The position numbers were made by a program, and so were the translations under genes. A DNA stretch of 64,000 nucleotides from Methanolobus sp. GTDB lineage: Archaea > Halobacteriota > Methanosarcinia > Methanosarcinales > Methanosarcinaceae. The DNA lies in assembly GCA_033549165.1 (NCBI GenBank), contig JAWSUM010000002.1, positions 16,211 to 80,210 of the forward strand. The letters are read 5' to 3'. The first letter of the stretch is position 1, and every line of letters begins with the position of its first letter. Positions 1-8,829 of this stretch are shown piece after piece. A model generated the notes under the pieces. It saw nothing but the letters and a program-made list of their open reading frames with translations, had not been told where the DNA came from and did not search any database.

Positions 1-2
1 AG

Positions 3-590
3 AAACAAAAGGATGCCATGCACAAAATACTGGACAGCTGCGAGAAACTGCTGCACAGGATAGATTCACTTATATTCATGAGCATTGCAAGTTCAGGAAA
101 CATAGATTATTCCTTCACCCATTTAAGGGTCGAGGATGTCATCGACAGCACTATATCCGAATTAAGGCCGGAAATGGATAAGAAAGAGCAAACAATCGAA
201 AAGGATATGCAAAAAGGACTTCCTCTTGTTTATGGTGACAGGGCTTACCTGAAAGAAGTATTTGTCCAGGTACTGGACAATGCCAGCAAATTCTCACCAG
301 AGAAAAGTACCATACAAATCTCAGCATATGAGGGTTATAAAAGCCTGCATTTCAAGATCACAGACAAAGGAATTGGGATTTCGGAGAATGAGCTTGAGAA
401 CATCTTCGAAAGGTTTTACCAGGCAGACGGTTCAAAGACCCGGAAATACAATGGCAACGGCTTGGGATTATATGTAGCCAGGTCCATTATAACAGCTCAT
501 CATGGCAACATCTGGGTTGAAAGCATAGAAAGAGCAGGTACAACTGTACACATCAGACTTCCGGAACCAGACATCTGTAAACTGGAGTAA
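3..590 (+). CDS. Sensor histidine kinase, C-terminal HATPase_c domain (5'-truncated by window edge)
   Basis: N box (VLDNASKF), G1 (DKGIGI), F box (IFERFYQ), G2 (GNGLGL). The frame is open back to the window start. Confidence 0.9.
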   Translation, partial: KQKDAMHKILDSCEKLLHRIDSLIFMSIASSGNIDYSFTHLRVEDVIDSTISELRPEMDKKEQTIEKDMQKGLPLVYGDRAYLKEVFVQVLDNASKFSPEKSTIQISAYEGYKSLHFKITDKGIGISENELENIFERFYQADGSKTRKYNGNGLGLYVARSIITAHHGNIWVESIERAGTTVHIRLPEPDICKLE

Positions 591-700
591 GTGAACTACC
601 CCGGCCTAAAGGCCGAGGCTTCCTACTTCATTCTCCTGACTTTTGCCAGTAAGTCCATAGGCTCTTCCCGCAGTTCCTGCGGTGTTTAAGTTATTCAATG
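591..700 (-). ncRNA. Predicted omegaRNA (reRNA) scaffold overlapping the tnpB 3' end; 5' boundary uncertain
   Basis: Hairpins CCGCAG-GAA-CTGCGG (682-668) and the RE hairpin (618-599) precede the TTCAC end. This matches the established position of TnpB guide scaffolds. Confidence 0.6.
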
Positions 701-1874
701 CAATTTTCTTGATGTTTATGGCGGCATTTTTGTCCCTATCGTGTAATGTTTTGCAGTCTGGACATTCCCATTCCCTTATATCAAGAGTAAGTTCCTTGTT
801 CTTGTATCCACAGACATTACATAACTTTGATGATGCTTCAAACCTGCCAATCTTCAGGATGTTTTTACCGAACCATTCTGCTTTGTAGGTTAACTTATTA
901 ACAAATCCAGACCAACCAACATCACTAATGCTTTGTGCTAAACAATGATTTTTTACCATTCCAGAAACATTTAGGTCTTCCACAGCAATGGCTTGACTTT
1001 CGCTAATTATTTTTGCTGATACCTTATGCTGGAAATCGTTTCTCTGGTTAGCTATCAACTGATGGTGTTTTGCTAATTTTGCAACTGCTTTTCTCCTGTT
1101 CTTTGAACCTTTCTGTTTTCTGGATACACTTCTCTGTAATTTAATAAGTTTCTTTAATGACCTTTTCAGGAACTTGGGATTCTCAATTTCTTCTCCTGTT
1201 GAAAGAACAACAAAGGACTTGATCCCGACATCAATTCCTACAGTTGTTTCCTCTGCAAAAGATTCAGGTTCTGGATAGGGTTCATGATCTTCGATCAGAA
1301 TACTTACATGATACCTTCCAGCTGATGTCCTGGAAACCGTTAATGTTTTGAGTACTTTGAATTCTTTGTTTAGTTTCTGGTCAAGGATGATTTCTCCGTT
1401 AACTTTCCTAGTTACAAGTTCATTCTCGATGAATTCCTTGCTCAGAAAATCCCTATGAAGAACTATTTTCATCCAGCCGATCTTCGGAAGGTAGATCTGT
1501 GAAGTTGTAAGGTTGATCTGGTAATTTAGAGGAACCTGAAACGAAAAATGGTTGCTTTTCTTATTTTTTCTGGTTGGATAATCTGCATTTCCTTCAAAGA
1601 AGTTCTTGAACCCGGTCAACAAATTTCGGTTGGCCTGTTGTAATGATTGAGAATTGATATCTTTCAACCATGGGAAATGTTCCTTGAGGGTTGTAAGGTT
1701 GTTATTAAGATCAACTTCGGTTAGACTTATCCCGAATTTATCATACATTAAGTTCTTGATGAATAATGATCGGTTGTAGACTAATCGAGTAGCACCAAAG
1801 TGTTGTTCTAACAAAGAGCATTGCTCATGGTTTGGATAGATTCGATATACATTTCCTTTTTTCATCAGGATCAC
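606..1874 (-). CDS. tnpB: RNA-guided endonuclease TnpB
   Basis: N-terminal YRIYP...QHFGATRLVYN, RuvC-I GIDVGI, RuvC-II AVEDL, Zn finger CNVC...CPDC, RuvC-III DRDKNAAINI. All three catalytic acidic residues are present. Confidence 0.95.
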   Translation of the reverse strand: MILMKKGNVYRIYPNHEQCSLLEQHFGATRLVYNRSLFIKNLMYDKFGISLTEVDLNNNLTTLKEHFPWLKDINSQSLQQANRNLLTGFKNFFEGNADYPTRKNKKSNHFSFQVPLNYQINLTTSQIYLPKIGWMKIVLHRDFLSKEFIENELVTRKVNGEIILDQKLNKEFKVLKTLTVSRTSAGRYHVSILIEDHEPYPEPESFAEETTVGIDVGIKSFVVLSTGEEIENPKFLKRSLKKLIKLQRSVSRKQKGSKNRRKAVAKLAKHHQLIANQRNDFQHKVSAKIISESQAIAVEDLNVSGMVKNHCLAQSISDVGWSGFVNKLTYKAEWFGKNILKIGRFEASSKLCNVCGYKNKELTLDIREWECPDCKTLHDRDKNAAINIKKIALNNLNTAGTAGRAYGLTGKSQENEVGSLGL

Positions 1875-2048
1875 ATGATTAAGAATTGTGATTAATAGAA
1901 TTTGCTATGTTTACATAAGATATATGTTTTTTTTGGGTGGGACGCAATTCATCCCCGTGTTCCATTTCGAAGAAATGGAACTCCCATTAAATCAAAGATT
2001 TAATGCGAGCCTGAAGGCCGGGGTCTTCTTGCTCTACTTCGATAAACT

Positions 2049-2065
2049 GGCCGGGAATCCCGGCC
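2049..2065. terminator. GC-rich hairpin, likely shared terminator of the converging kinase and hypothetical genes
   Basis: GGCCGGG-AAT-CCCGGCC perfect 7-bp stem just outside the IS left end. Confidence 0.5.
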
Positions 2066-2089
2066 GGCTAAAACTAAAGAACAATGGGA

Positions 2090-2683
2090 CTAGTTACAAC
2101 TGCACTCAAAATCAAAGCCGAGCAGGAATGAACCTGTGCCATGTATGTTCTGAAGTCCCAGCCTTTCCTTGATATATTCATCACTTGGCGGAGAAGGTGA
2201 AGCGAGTGTTGCATTGCAGACATCCGGAAGTTCTTCGACCTCGGAGCATGGCTTTGGAGGGAGAACTACAATAAGGGGATTCCTTTTTGCATCCATGCTT
2301 TTGAGGACACTGATATCATAGATGACAATGTTGCCTATGACAAGGTTGGTTTTGCAACCTTTGAACTCCTCGAGTTTGGCCTCATCATCTACATCCTCAC
2401 CAACCACACAACCCTCATGCATAAGGATAACATTTGGTCCGACTGGCCACTTGAAATCCATGTTGGTGGTGAATGCAAACATGACATCGTTGTTCAGGAC
2501 CTGTTTTACACCTTTGTTGTCACCTTTTCCAAGACCCATGAGAGTCATCTCATCAGCCTTCTTTTCGAGCTCCCTGATAATCTCGCGATCTTCTTCGGTC
2601 AGAATAAGGGTATCACCCACACCTTTCATATTTTTTATACAAGAACTTACCTGTTCAATTATATCTTCACGCTGCATGATCAA
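2090..2683 (-). CDS. Hypothetical protein (~195 aa)
   Basis: Long ORF with a normal soluble composition filling the gap. No motif recognised. Confidence 0.75.
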   Translation of the reverse strand: MIMQREDIIEQVSSCIKNMKGVGDTLILTEEDREIIRELEKKADEMTLMGLGKGDNKGVKQVLNNDVMFAFTTNMDFKWPVGPNVILMHEGCVVGEDVDDEAKLEEFKGCKTNLVIGNIVIYDISVLKSMDAKRNPLIVVLPPKPCSEVEELPDVCNATLASPSPPSDEYIKERLGLQNIHGTGSFLLGFDFECSCN

Positions 2684-2791
2684 CCCTCGTGCCTCAAATT
2701 GTTGACAAGATTTTAACGTTTTTCAGGATTATTATGTATCTGTATTTAAGTATGGCGGATGCCTCTGAAAATAACGGAATGTCATACATGG

Positions 2792-3673
2792 TCAGAGGAC
2801 CAGCCTCAGAAATCCTACCTTTGGTTCGTAGATATGACCCCTGGAAAGCAGGGACCTTACAGCCGAATCCACGGCTTCGGCAGAAATATCTTTGGAATTA
2901 GCTTCCATCACCATTGTAGAATATTCCACACCTCTGCCCTCATTCATTTCCTCTAAAAGTTGCAGTACCACAACTTCAGCATCGGACTGGAAACCTTCCT
3001 TTGAAGAGAGTCCTTTTCCAATCGACACCAGAGCGTTCCTGACATCCTCTTTTAGTTCTTTCAGATAAGCCAGGTCTGTGTGATAGTAATCCAATGCAAG
3101 GCAGATCCCCTCTTTTAAATAAGAAGGAACATCCCCCTTAGACAGGAATCCAACGATCTCAGTCTCATTCATGCCTGATGAAAGAACGTCCTCAAAGACA
3201 TCCAGACGGTCGAGTGTCAGCCTTGCGGTCTCGACTACCCAGCGATTACGGATGTCCTCGCTGGCATGGTTGATCTCTTCCGGGCGGATAGAGACAAAAA
3301 CAGAGCCATCCCCCGGTTCATATGAACGAACCTTTCCAACTAACGTCACATATGATGGGACTTCGATGGTTGACAGGAATACAGAAGCTTCCGGCTGATA
3401 GTTGCCGGAATAGACTGTGAACGTGCCGGTCGGGTCGGAGATGCGCGCTTTCCATAGTTCTTTCTCTCCGCCTTTCTGGCTACCTATGTCCTCTACCTCG
3501 GTCACAACACCTGCTATAAAAAGACGGTTTACTTTAGCACCTGCTTTCGTGACAAGGAAATTAGGTGAATGCAGATCCTGCTCAACCGAAACCTCAGCAC
3601 CGGGGCTGATCTGGAAACGGGAATCATTGAACTCCCGTGCAAATAACCTGTGAGCCATCTCTCTTTCAGCCAT
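2792..3673 (-). CDS. RPA-associated OB-fold protein
   Basis: RE.AHRLFAREF, NRLFIAGVVTE, RISDPTG.F.VY.G.YQPEA motifs. Start overlaps the rpa stop codon. Confidence 0.85.
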   Translation of the reverse strand: MAEREMAHRLFAREFNDSRFQISPGAEVSVEQDLHSPNFLVTKAGAKVNRLFIAGVVTEVEDIGSQKGGEKELWKARISDPTGTFTVYSGNYQPEASVFLSTIEVPSYVTLVGKVRSYEPGDGSVFVSIRPEEINHASEDIRNRWVVETARLTLDRLDVFEDVLSSGMNETEIVGFLSKGDVPSYLKEGICLALDYYHTDLAYLKELKEDVRNALVSIGKGLSSKEGFQSDAEVVVLQLLEEMNEGRGVEYSTMVMEANSKDISAEAVDSAVRSLLSRGHIYEPKVGFLRLVL

Positions 3674-4980
3674 CACTCATCACCTTCCCCATCCATCCTT
3701 TCGAGCAGTGATCCGATCTTTTCCTTAAGATCATAAGCGGGATACCATGCCGACTTTGCCACAAGAGTGACGCCGAACTCGTTCCGTGAGGAGTTACCCC
3801 TTACCGCAATATACTTTCCGGTAAGCTTATGCCTCATATCCTCGAACACCACATCCCGGGAGATGGAATCAAGGACCATCTTTTCGGCCTCATACATACT
3901 TTTTCCGTATATGGACTCCGATAATTCGCTGTTCAGCATAACATGCAAAGAACCGGTCCCGTCATCAAGTATCAATTTCATGCGCATGTCCGAGACGCAG
4001 TCCACCTGGCCGTGAGCCCGGCAATTTGCCTTTTGAGTAACCCTGTTACATACAGGGCATCGCTCGATCATTCCTGAGCCGGGCCTTACAGAGATGATAT
4101 CCCCCATGACCATTACATCGAACATGCCGTTCTTTTCCAGTATTCGGGCGATTGGCAATGGTTCAGGTGCTTTGCTCACAGAGTCCAGTGTGAAGGGAAG
4201 CTCATAGGGCTGTTCGATCGGCTCTATGACCGTACTCTCATTGAAATTGATTGACGGCACACCTCTGAAAACCCTGACAGCTGCACTTTCGAATCGGAGG
4301 AAACTGCCAATGTCGATGCCCTTGAATGATATCCACGAAGTGAACGGGAGTTTTCCAGTCTCGTCTGCTATAACACCCTCGACTATGGTCTGAATCTTGC
4401 CTTTCAAAGTGACATCCCTGTGATACATCTCAAGTATGACCACAACGGAACTTGCAAGCACATCAACAGAAGAGATGTCCTGAAGCTTCTTCGGACCGGA
4501 AAGAGATGATGTATCGATATCCTGCAAATAATCATCCGGAAGTTTCTCTACAATTGAACGTTTACCGAAATAAAGCTCCGTCCGGTTGTTCCACATCCTC
4601 ACGTATGCATTCCTGATCCTTACAACATTACCTGCCTTAAGTGACATATCATCCCAGCAGGTGAAGGAACAGATTCCCGTAGAATCACCGAAAGAGCCGG
4701 AGAAAATGATCCTGTGCTCATCCTTCACGACAACCTTTTTCTCTTCGATGCTTATGATACGCCCTGTGATCTCAAATCCGCTCATTCCTGCAACAAGGTC
4801 CTTTACATAGACAGCGGACGGGGACCTCAGCATGAACTTGTTGATAACGGTCTTCTTTGCTTCTTCCAGGGGAACCTTAAAACTCAGCAACTTTTCCAGT
4901 TCCGCCCTTATCTCTTCCTTATATTCATTCCCAAGCGCCCTGCTTAATTCCTCTACATGGGGCGCAGCTTTCTCATCCAT
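3673..4980 (-). CDS. rpa: Replication protein A (multiple OB folds + CxxC-x8-CxxH zinc finger)
   Basis: OB-fold repeats (GDSTG, IADETG, LDDGTG) and CPVCNRVTQKANCRAH. Confidence 0.9.
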   Translation of the reverse strand: MDEKAAPHVEELSRALGNEYKEEIRAELEKLLSFKVPLEEAKKTVINKFMLRSPSAVYVKDLVAGMSGFEITGRIISIEEKKVVVKDEHRIIFSGSFGDSTGICSFTCWDDMSLKAGNVVRIRNAYVRMWNNRTELYFGKRSIVEKLPDDYLQDIDTSSLSGPKKLQDISSVDVLASSVVVILEMYHRDVTLKGKIQTIVEGVIADETGKLPFTSWISFKGIDIGSFLRFESAAVRVFRGVPSINFNESTVIEPIEQPYELPFTLDSVSKAPEPLPIARILEKNGMFDVMVMGDIISVRPGSGMIERCPVCNRVTQKANCRAHGQVDCVSDMRMKLILDDGTGSLHVMLNSELSESIYGKSMYEAEKMVLDSISRDVVFEDMRHKLTGKYIAVRGNSSRNEFGVTLVAKSAWYPAYDLKEKIGSLLERMDGEGDE

Positions 4981-5176
4981 AGTGGCCTCCGTTTCAGAAA
5001 GAAGGTTAGTATTATTTAGAATATCAGGTCATCAGCAATAAACATAACCAGACGGTATGATCAGTCCAAAGCAATAAACCGGAAAGAAAAATATATCAAC
5101 AATCAGACAGCACTTGCTTTGGGGAGTGGTGTTTGAGACTGATATGCAGACACGATCTCCAAATGGAGGGAAATCA

Positions 5177-5611
5177 ATGCCAAAACTTGCAATTGTATAT
5201 TTAAGTACTCAGGGGCATACGAAAATGATGGCAGAGGCCATTGCAGAAGGAGCAACGGAACGCCATGTGGATGTAGACATAGACAATTTCTATGAGTGGG
5301 ATCCCAGGGAAGCAGCTGAATATGATGCCATAGCAGTTGGTTCTTCGACTTTCTATTATACGATGCTAGAACCTATCGCAAAGTTCATTGACAAACTTGT
5401 GGAAGCCGGAGTCGAAGGAAAGATAGGTGCAGCCTTTGGGTCCTATGGATGGAGCGGGGAAGCACCTGTGAAAATAGCTGAGAAACTGCGCAGCGGAGGG
5501 ATGGTGGTAATCGATCCGGTACTGAGGGTACTGCACGAACCTACGGAAAAGGACCTTCTTGAGTGCAACCGTCTGGGAAAGGACCTTGCAGAGAAGATGA
5601 AACACAAATGA
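5177..5611 (+). CDS. Flavodoxin (short FprA/NorV-like type)
   Basis: YLSTQGHTKMMA, VGSST, AFGSYGWSGEA FMN-binding loops. Start moved to the ATG after the GGAGGG SD. Confidence 0.9.
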   Translation: MPKLAIVYLSTQGHTKMMAEAIAEGATERHVDVDIDNFYEWDPREAAEYDAIAVGSSTFYYTMLEPIAKFIDKLVEAGVEGKIGAAFGSYGWSGEAPVKIAEKLRSGGMVVIDPVLRVLHEPTEKDLLECNRLGKDLAEKMKHK

Positions 5612-5815
5612 TTACCTTCGGGTGCCAGGGTCCCTGAAATCAGACATCGGAAAACCATCCTGCCTGATGCTCAATTGTATTTTGAATGAGTAAATATCTA
5701 TTAAATACAGATATTGAACATTAATACAGAATTAAGCAAATTTATATACCTTATTTACCAATTGACTTATATAGAATGCTCCATTAGAAGATGTAAGTTT
5801 CATAGAGGGATATTT

Positions 5816-6028
5816 ATGACAATAATACCATTTGCACCCATTGAAAGAGTAATAAGGAACGCTGGTGCTCAGAGAGTTAGTGAATCAGCTGCAGTAGAAC
5901 TCACAGAGATGCTTGAATCATATGGACTGGAGATCTCAAGAGAAGCGATCAAACTGGCAGAACATGCCGGAAGAAAAACCGTGAAATCAGAAGATATCAA
6001 ACTCGCAAAAGAGATGCTGGACAAATAA
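5816..6028 (+). CDS. Archaeal histone (70 aa)
   Basis: IPFAPIERVIRNAGAQRVS...AEHAGRKTVKSEDI histone fold. SD GAGGGA precedes the ATG at 5816. Confidence 0.95.
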   Translation: MTIIPFAPIERVIRNAGAQRVSESAAVELTEMLESYGLEISREAIKLAEHAGRKTVKSEDIKLAKEMLDK

Positions 6029-6093
6029 GTCCTCAGCTCTTGTTTGATATAGTTCTCTTTTTTATCATACTCTTTTAACGCTCAGACGTTGCC

Positions 6094-6606
6094 TTAGAAA
6101 AGGTCAATCAAACTGATACCTGTCACTGTGACAAGGCTGACAATCAGACCTGCTATCATAACGCCTACAAGTATTGCCGGAAAAGCATGCCTGAACTGTA
6201 TTCCGAAAACAAAGGCAGCGGCGCAACCGGTCCATGCACCCGTAACAGGCAGAGGAACAGCCACAAATAGCGTCAGTGCCATGGTGCCGTATTTTTCGAA
6301 TCTCTCTGTATGGTTTCGCCGGGTGCGGTCGAAGAGCCAGGAAAAGAACATATCGAATACCCTGAAGCGTCTCAGGTATGTCGAAACGGGATCAAGGAAA
6401 AGAAGCAAAGGAATCACAGGCAGCATATTTCCCAGCACTGCGAGGAAATACGCATACGATGGAGCCATTCCGTAATTAAGTATTGCAACAGGTATGGCAC
6501 CTCTTAGCTCGGCTATGGGAATTGCAGCTATTATGATGGTTGCCAGCCAGTCGGGAACAGAGCTCAATATATCGACAAGATGATCCGCCACAGACATGCG
6601 GTTCAC
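6094..6606 (-). CDS. COG2426 small multidrug-export-like membrane protein
   Basis: PIAELRGAIP and FVAVPLPVTGAWTG motifs, four hydrophobic segments. Confidence 0.8.
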   Translation of the reverse strand: MNRMSVADHLVDILSSVPDWLATIIIAAIPIAELRGAIPVAILNYGMAPSYAYFLAVLGNMLPVIPLLLFLDPVSTYLRRFRVFDMFFSWLFDRTRRNHTERFEKYGTMALTLFVAVPLPVTGAWTGCAAAFVFGIQFRHAFPAILVGVMIAGLIVSLVTVTGISLIDLF

Positions 6607-7559
6607 TCCGATCCTGACAGTGCGAAGTGAGCAAGCAGCGATTCAAGCTGGATGCGTTCGTTGGCGCCTTCGGTTAGCCTGAAATCAACCTCTGCTATGA
6701 TATCCACCAGTTCGACCATTTTTCTTTCAGGTATGTCTACGTCGAACATTGCCCTGTATATCTGGCCGACGACATCCTCACCTGAAAGGCCCTGCTCCAG
6801 CAGGAAACTGTCCAGGTGTTTTCTTGCCGCAGTGAAATTACCAGAAAGAGCTGTCTCGATGAGCTCACGGACCTGCTCCGGACGTGCTGTCGCCGTGATC
6901 TTATAGATGGCATCCTTATGAATGGTATCTGCGATCAATGCGGCAGCCTGGAGAGCATTGATGGCTTTTCTCATGTCGCCCTGGGCTACGTATTTGATAG
7001 CATCCACACCATCCTCGGCAATATCAAGCCCCTCATTCTCAGCCACAAAACGCACACGACCTGCAACCGCTTCGTCGGAAAGGGGACGGAACCTGTAGAC
7101 TGCACACCTTGACTGAATGGGTTCGATTATCTTGGATGAATAATTACATGAAAGAATGAAACGACAGTTATTGGTATAGCGCTCCATGGTACGCCTGAGG
7201 GCTGACTGTGCATCCGAGGTCAGCGCATCGGCCTCATCAAGGAAGATGATCTTGAAATCAGCACCGCCAATTGGGGATGTCTTCGCGAAGTTCTTGATCT
7301 TGGTCCTTACAATATCGATCCCACGCTCATCAGATGCATTGAGTTCCGTGAAATTCTCCCGCCATGATTCAGCAAAGAGCTCACGCGCAATGGATACGGC
7401 AGTAGCTGTCTTTCCCACGCCGGGAGGACCGGAGAACAGAAGATGAGGCAGATTCCTTGTTTTAATGTAGGATTTCAACCTTTCAACGGTCTCGCTCTGA
7501 CCGACCACATCATCAAGCTTAAAGGGCCTGTATTTCTCAATCCATATCTCTTCTTTAAT
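6603..7559 (-). CDS. rfcS: Replication factor C small subunit (start probably non-canonical ATT at 7559)
   Basis: WIEKYRP, Walker A GPPGVGKT, ELNASDERG, DEAD, SRC motifs. No intein. Confidence 0.95.
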   Translation of the reverse strand: MKEEIWIEKYRPFKLDDVVGQSETVERLKSYIKTRNLPHLLFSGPPGVGKTATAVSIARELFAESWRENFTELNASDERGIDIVRTKIKNFAKTSPIGGADFKIIFLDEADALTSDAQSALRRTMERYTNNCRFILSCNYSSKIIEPIQSRCAVYRFRPLSDEAVAGRVRFVAENEGLDIAEDGVDAIKYVAQGDMRKAINALQAAALIADTIHKDAIYKITATARPEQVRELIETALSGNFTAARKHLDSFLLEQGLSGEDVVGQIYRAMFDVDIPERKMVELVDIIAEVDFRLTEGANERIQLESLLAHFALSGSE

Positions 7560-7654
7560 TTCTACCCCTCCGGCTGGAAAAAATAGTATTTGGTGGCATA
7601 AATAGGTAAGCGTTATTTTTTAACCTTTCGTATGCAATAAAAATAAGATGTTAT

Positions 7655-7682
7655 GAGCCAGAAGCCCGCAGGCATCTGACTC
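7655..7682 (-). terminator. Hairpin after the last rnf operon gene
   Basis: GAGCCAGAAGCC-CGCA-GGCATCTGACTC stem with two mismatches, followed by a T-rich tract on the minus strand. Confidence 0.45.
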
Positions 7683-7691
7683 AAATTGCTT

Positions 7692-8024
7692 TTATTCGTA
7701 TATTAGTTTGTAGGCATAGTTGCCTATGATTGGTATCTTGAACTTCATACCCCTGAATGCAAGAAAAGCAAGCAGAAGTACAAGGAACATAGATGGGAAT
7801 CCCATGAAATCAGCTATGACCCACCCTACATAAGGTACCCAGGCCACAAGGAAGATGATCAGGGACAATGGCAGGAACACCATGATCGACTGCATTGCAT
7901 GGAACCTGACGAATTTGTTATCCGGTTCGATGAGCAAGATCAAAATGCCTGCTATCCAGATACCGACATAGCTCAAAGCTGCAACTATATTCTCATCCAA
8001 ACCCAGTTTTGTATCATAAGTCAT
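7692..8024 (-). CDS. DUF4870-like membrane protein at the end of the rnf operon (position of the rnfY/MA0665-type gene)
   Basis: GLDEN..AALSY, FVRFHAMQS motifs, three TM segments. Lies 4 bp after rnfB. Confidence 0.8.
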   Translation of the reverse strand: MTYDTKLGLDENIVAALSYVGIWIAGILILLIEPDNKFVRFHAMQSIMVFLPLSLIIFLVAWVPYVGWVIADFMGFPSMFLVLLLAFLAFRGMKFKIPIIGNYAYKLIYE

Positions 8025-8028
8025 GATA

Positions 8029-8829
8029 TCACCTTATCTCTATAGTGTTCTGCGGGCATTTCTCTACGCATATGCCACAAGCCGTACACTTGTCCTGGTC
8101 GATGACCGCAATGAAGTTGGTGACCTTGACAGCCTCTTCAGGACAGTTCTTCTCACATATCTTACACCCTATGCAGCCAACGGCACAGACTTCCTTGACA
8201 GCCTTTCCTTTATCCTGTGACATGCAGCGTACATGCACTTTTTCTGATTCCTTTGCAAAGACAAGGATATCGTTAGGACATGAGGCTATACAGAGGCCAC
8301 AACTGGTGCAAAGGTTCTTGTTCACATGTGGAAGACGGTCCTCACCGATGTAAATTGCATCGAAGGGACAGGCCCTCACACAGGTACCGCGACCCATACA
8401 GCCGAAATTACAGCCTTTCTCACCATCTGAGAGCATCATCACGGCCCTACAGTCCTCAAAGCCGACATACTCGAAACGGTCGACACAGTTGAAACCTCCG
8501 TGGCATCTGACGAATGGATATTTGGCCTCACCCTCGGCAACTTCCTGTCCGAGAATTCCACCGATCTCCTTTGCAACATCAAATCCTCCGACAGGGCAAC
8601 CGTTGATCGGAGCATCGTCATTTACCACACGCTCCGCAAAGTCAGCACATCCTGCAAAACCACATGCCCCACAGTTGGCACCTGGAAGGACACCGATGAT
8701 CTCTTCCACAAGAGGATTGGTTTCCACCTTGAATTTCTTGGATGCGACGATAAGCATTATACCGACAACAAGGCCGAGACCTCCCAGAATGGCCATTGAT
8801 TGTATAAGGAAACTGCTGAGCTCGGTCAT
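8029..8829 (-). CDS. rnfB: Rnf complex subunit B (polyferredoxin)
   Basis: N-terminal TM, LPGANCGACG, several CxxCxxCxxxCP clusters. Confidence 0.95.
   Translation of the reverse strand: MTELSSFLIQSMAILGGLGLVVGIMLIVASKKFKVETNPLVEEIIGVLPGANCGACGFAGCADFAERVVNDDAPINGCPVGGFDVAKEIGGILGQEVAEGEAKYPFVRCHGGFNCVDRFEYVGFEDCRAVMMLSDGEKGCNFGCMGRGTCVRACPFDAIYIGEDRLPHVNKNLCTSCGLCIASCPNDILVFAKESEKVHVRCMSQDKGKAVKEVCAVGCIGCKICEKNCPEEAVKVTNFIAVIDQDKCTACGICVEKCPQNTIEIR

Larger units (their letters stand above)
591..2041 (-). mobile_element. IS200/IS605-family TnpB-only (IS1341-like) non-autonomous element
   Basis: The minus-strand right end reads GGAAGCCTCGGCCTTTAGGCCGGGGTAGTTCAC (hairpin + TTCAC end at 591). 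The left end starts after TTTAT (2046-2042) with GCAAGAAGACCCCGGCCTTCAGGC...CGGGGATGAATTGCGTC. It encloses tnpB only, with no room for tnpA. Confidence 0.85.

Noticed and set aside
578-2050. 8-bp direct repeat TAAACTGG on both sides of the IS (578-585 and 2043-2050)
   Set aside because: It does not abut the element ends, and IS200/IS605 elements make no target duplication. It is a chance repeat within the empty site.
1888-2172. 94-aa plus-strand ORF across the IS left end
   Set aside because: It runs through hairpin DNA and antisense to a real gene, and has no Y1 transposase HUH/Tyr motif. It is not tnpA.
5714-5815. Apparent N-terminal tail on the histone
   Set aside because: An artefact of an upstream TTG. 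The SD and ATG at 5816 give a standard 70-aa tailless histone.
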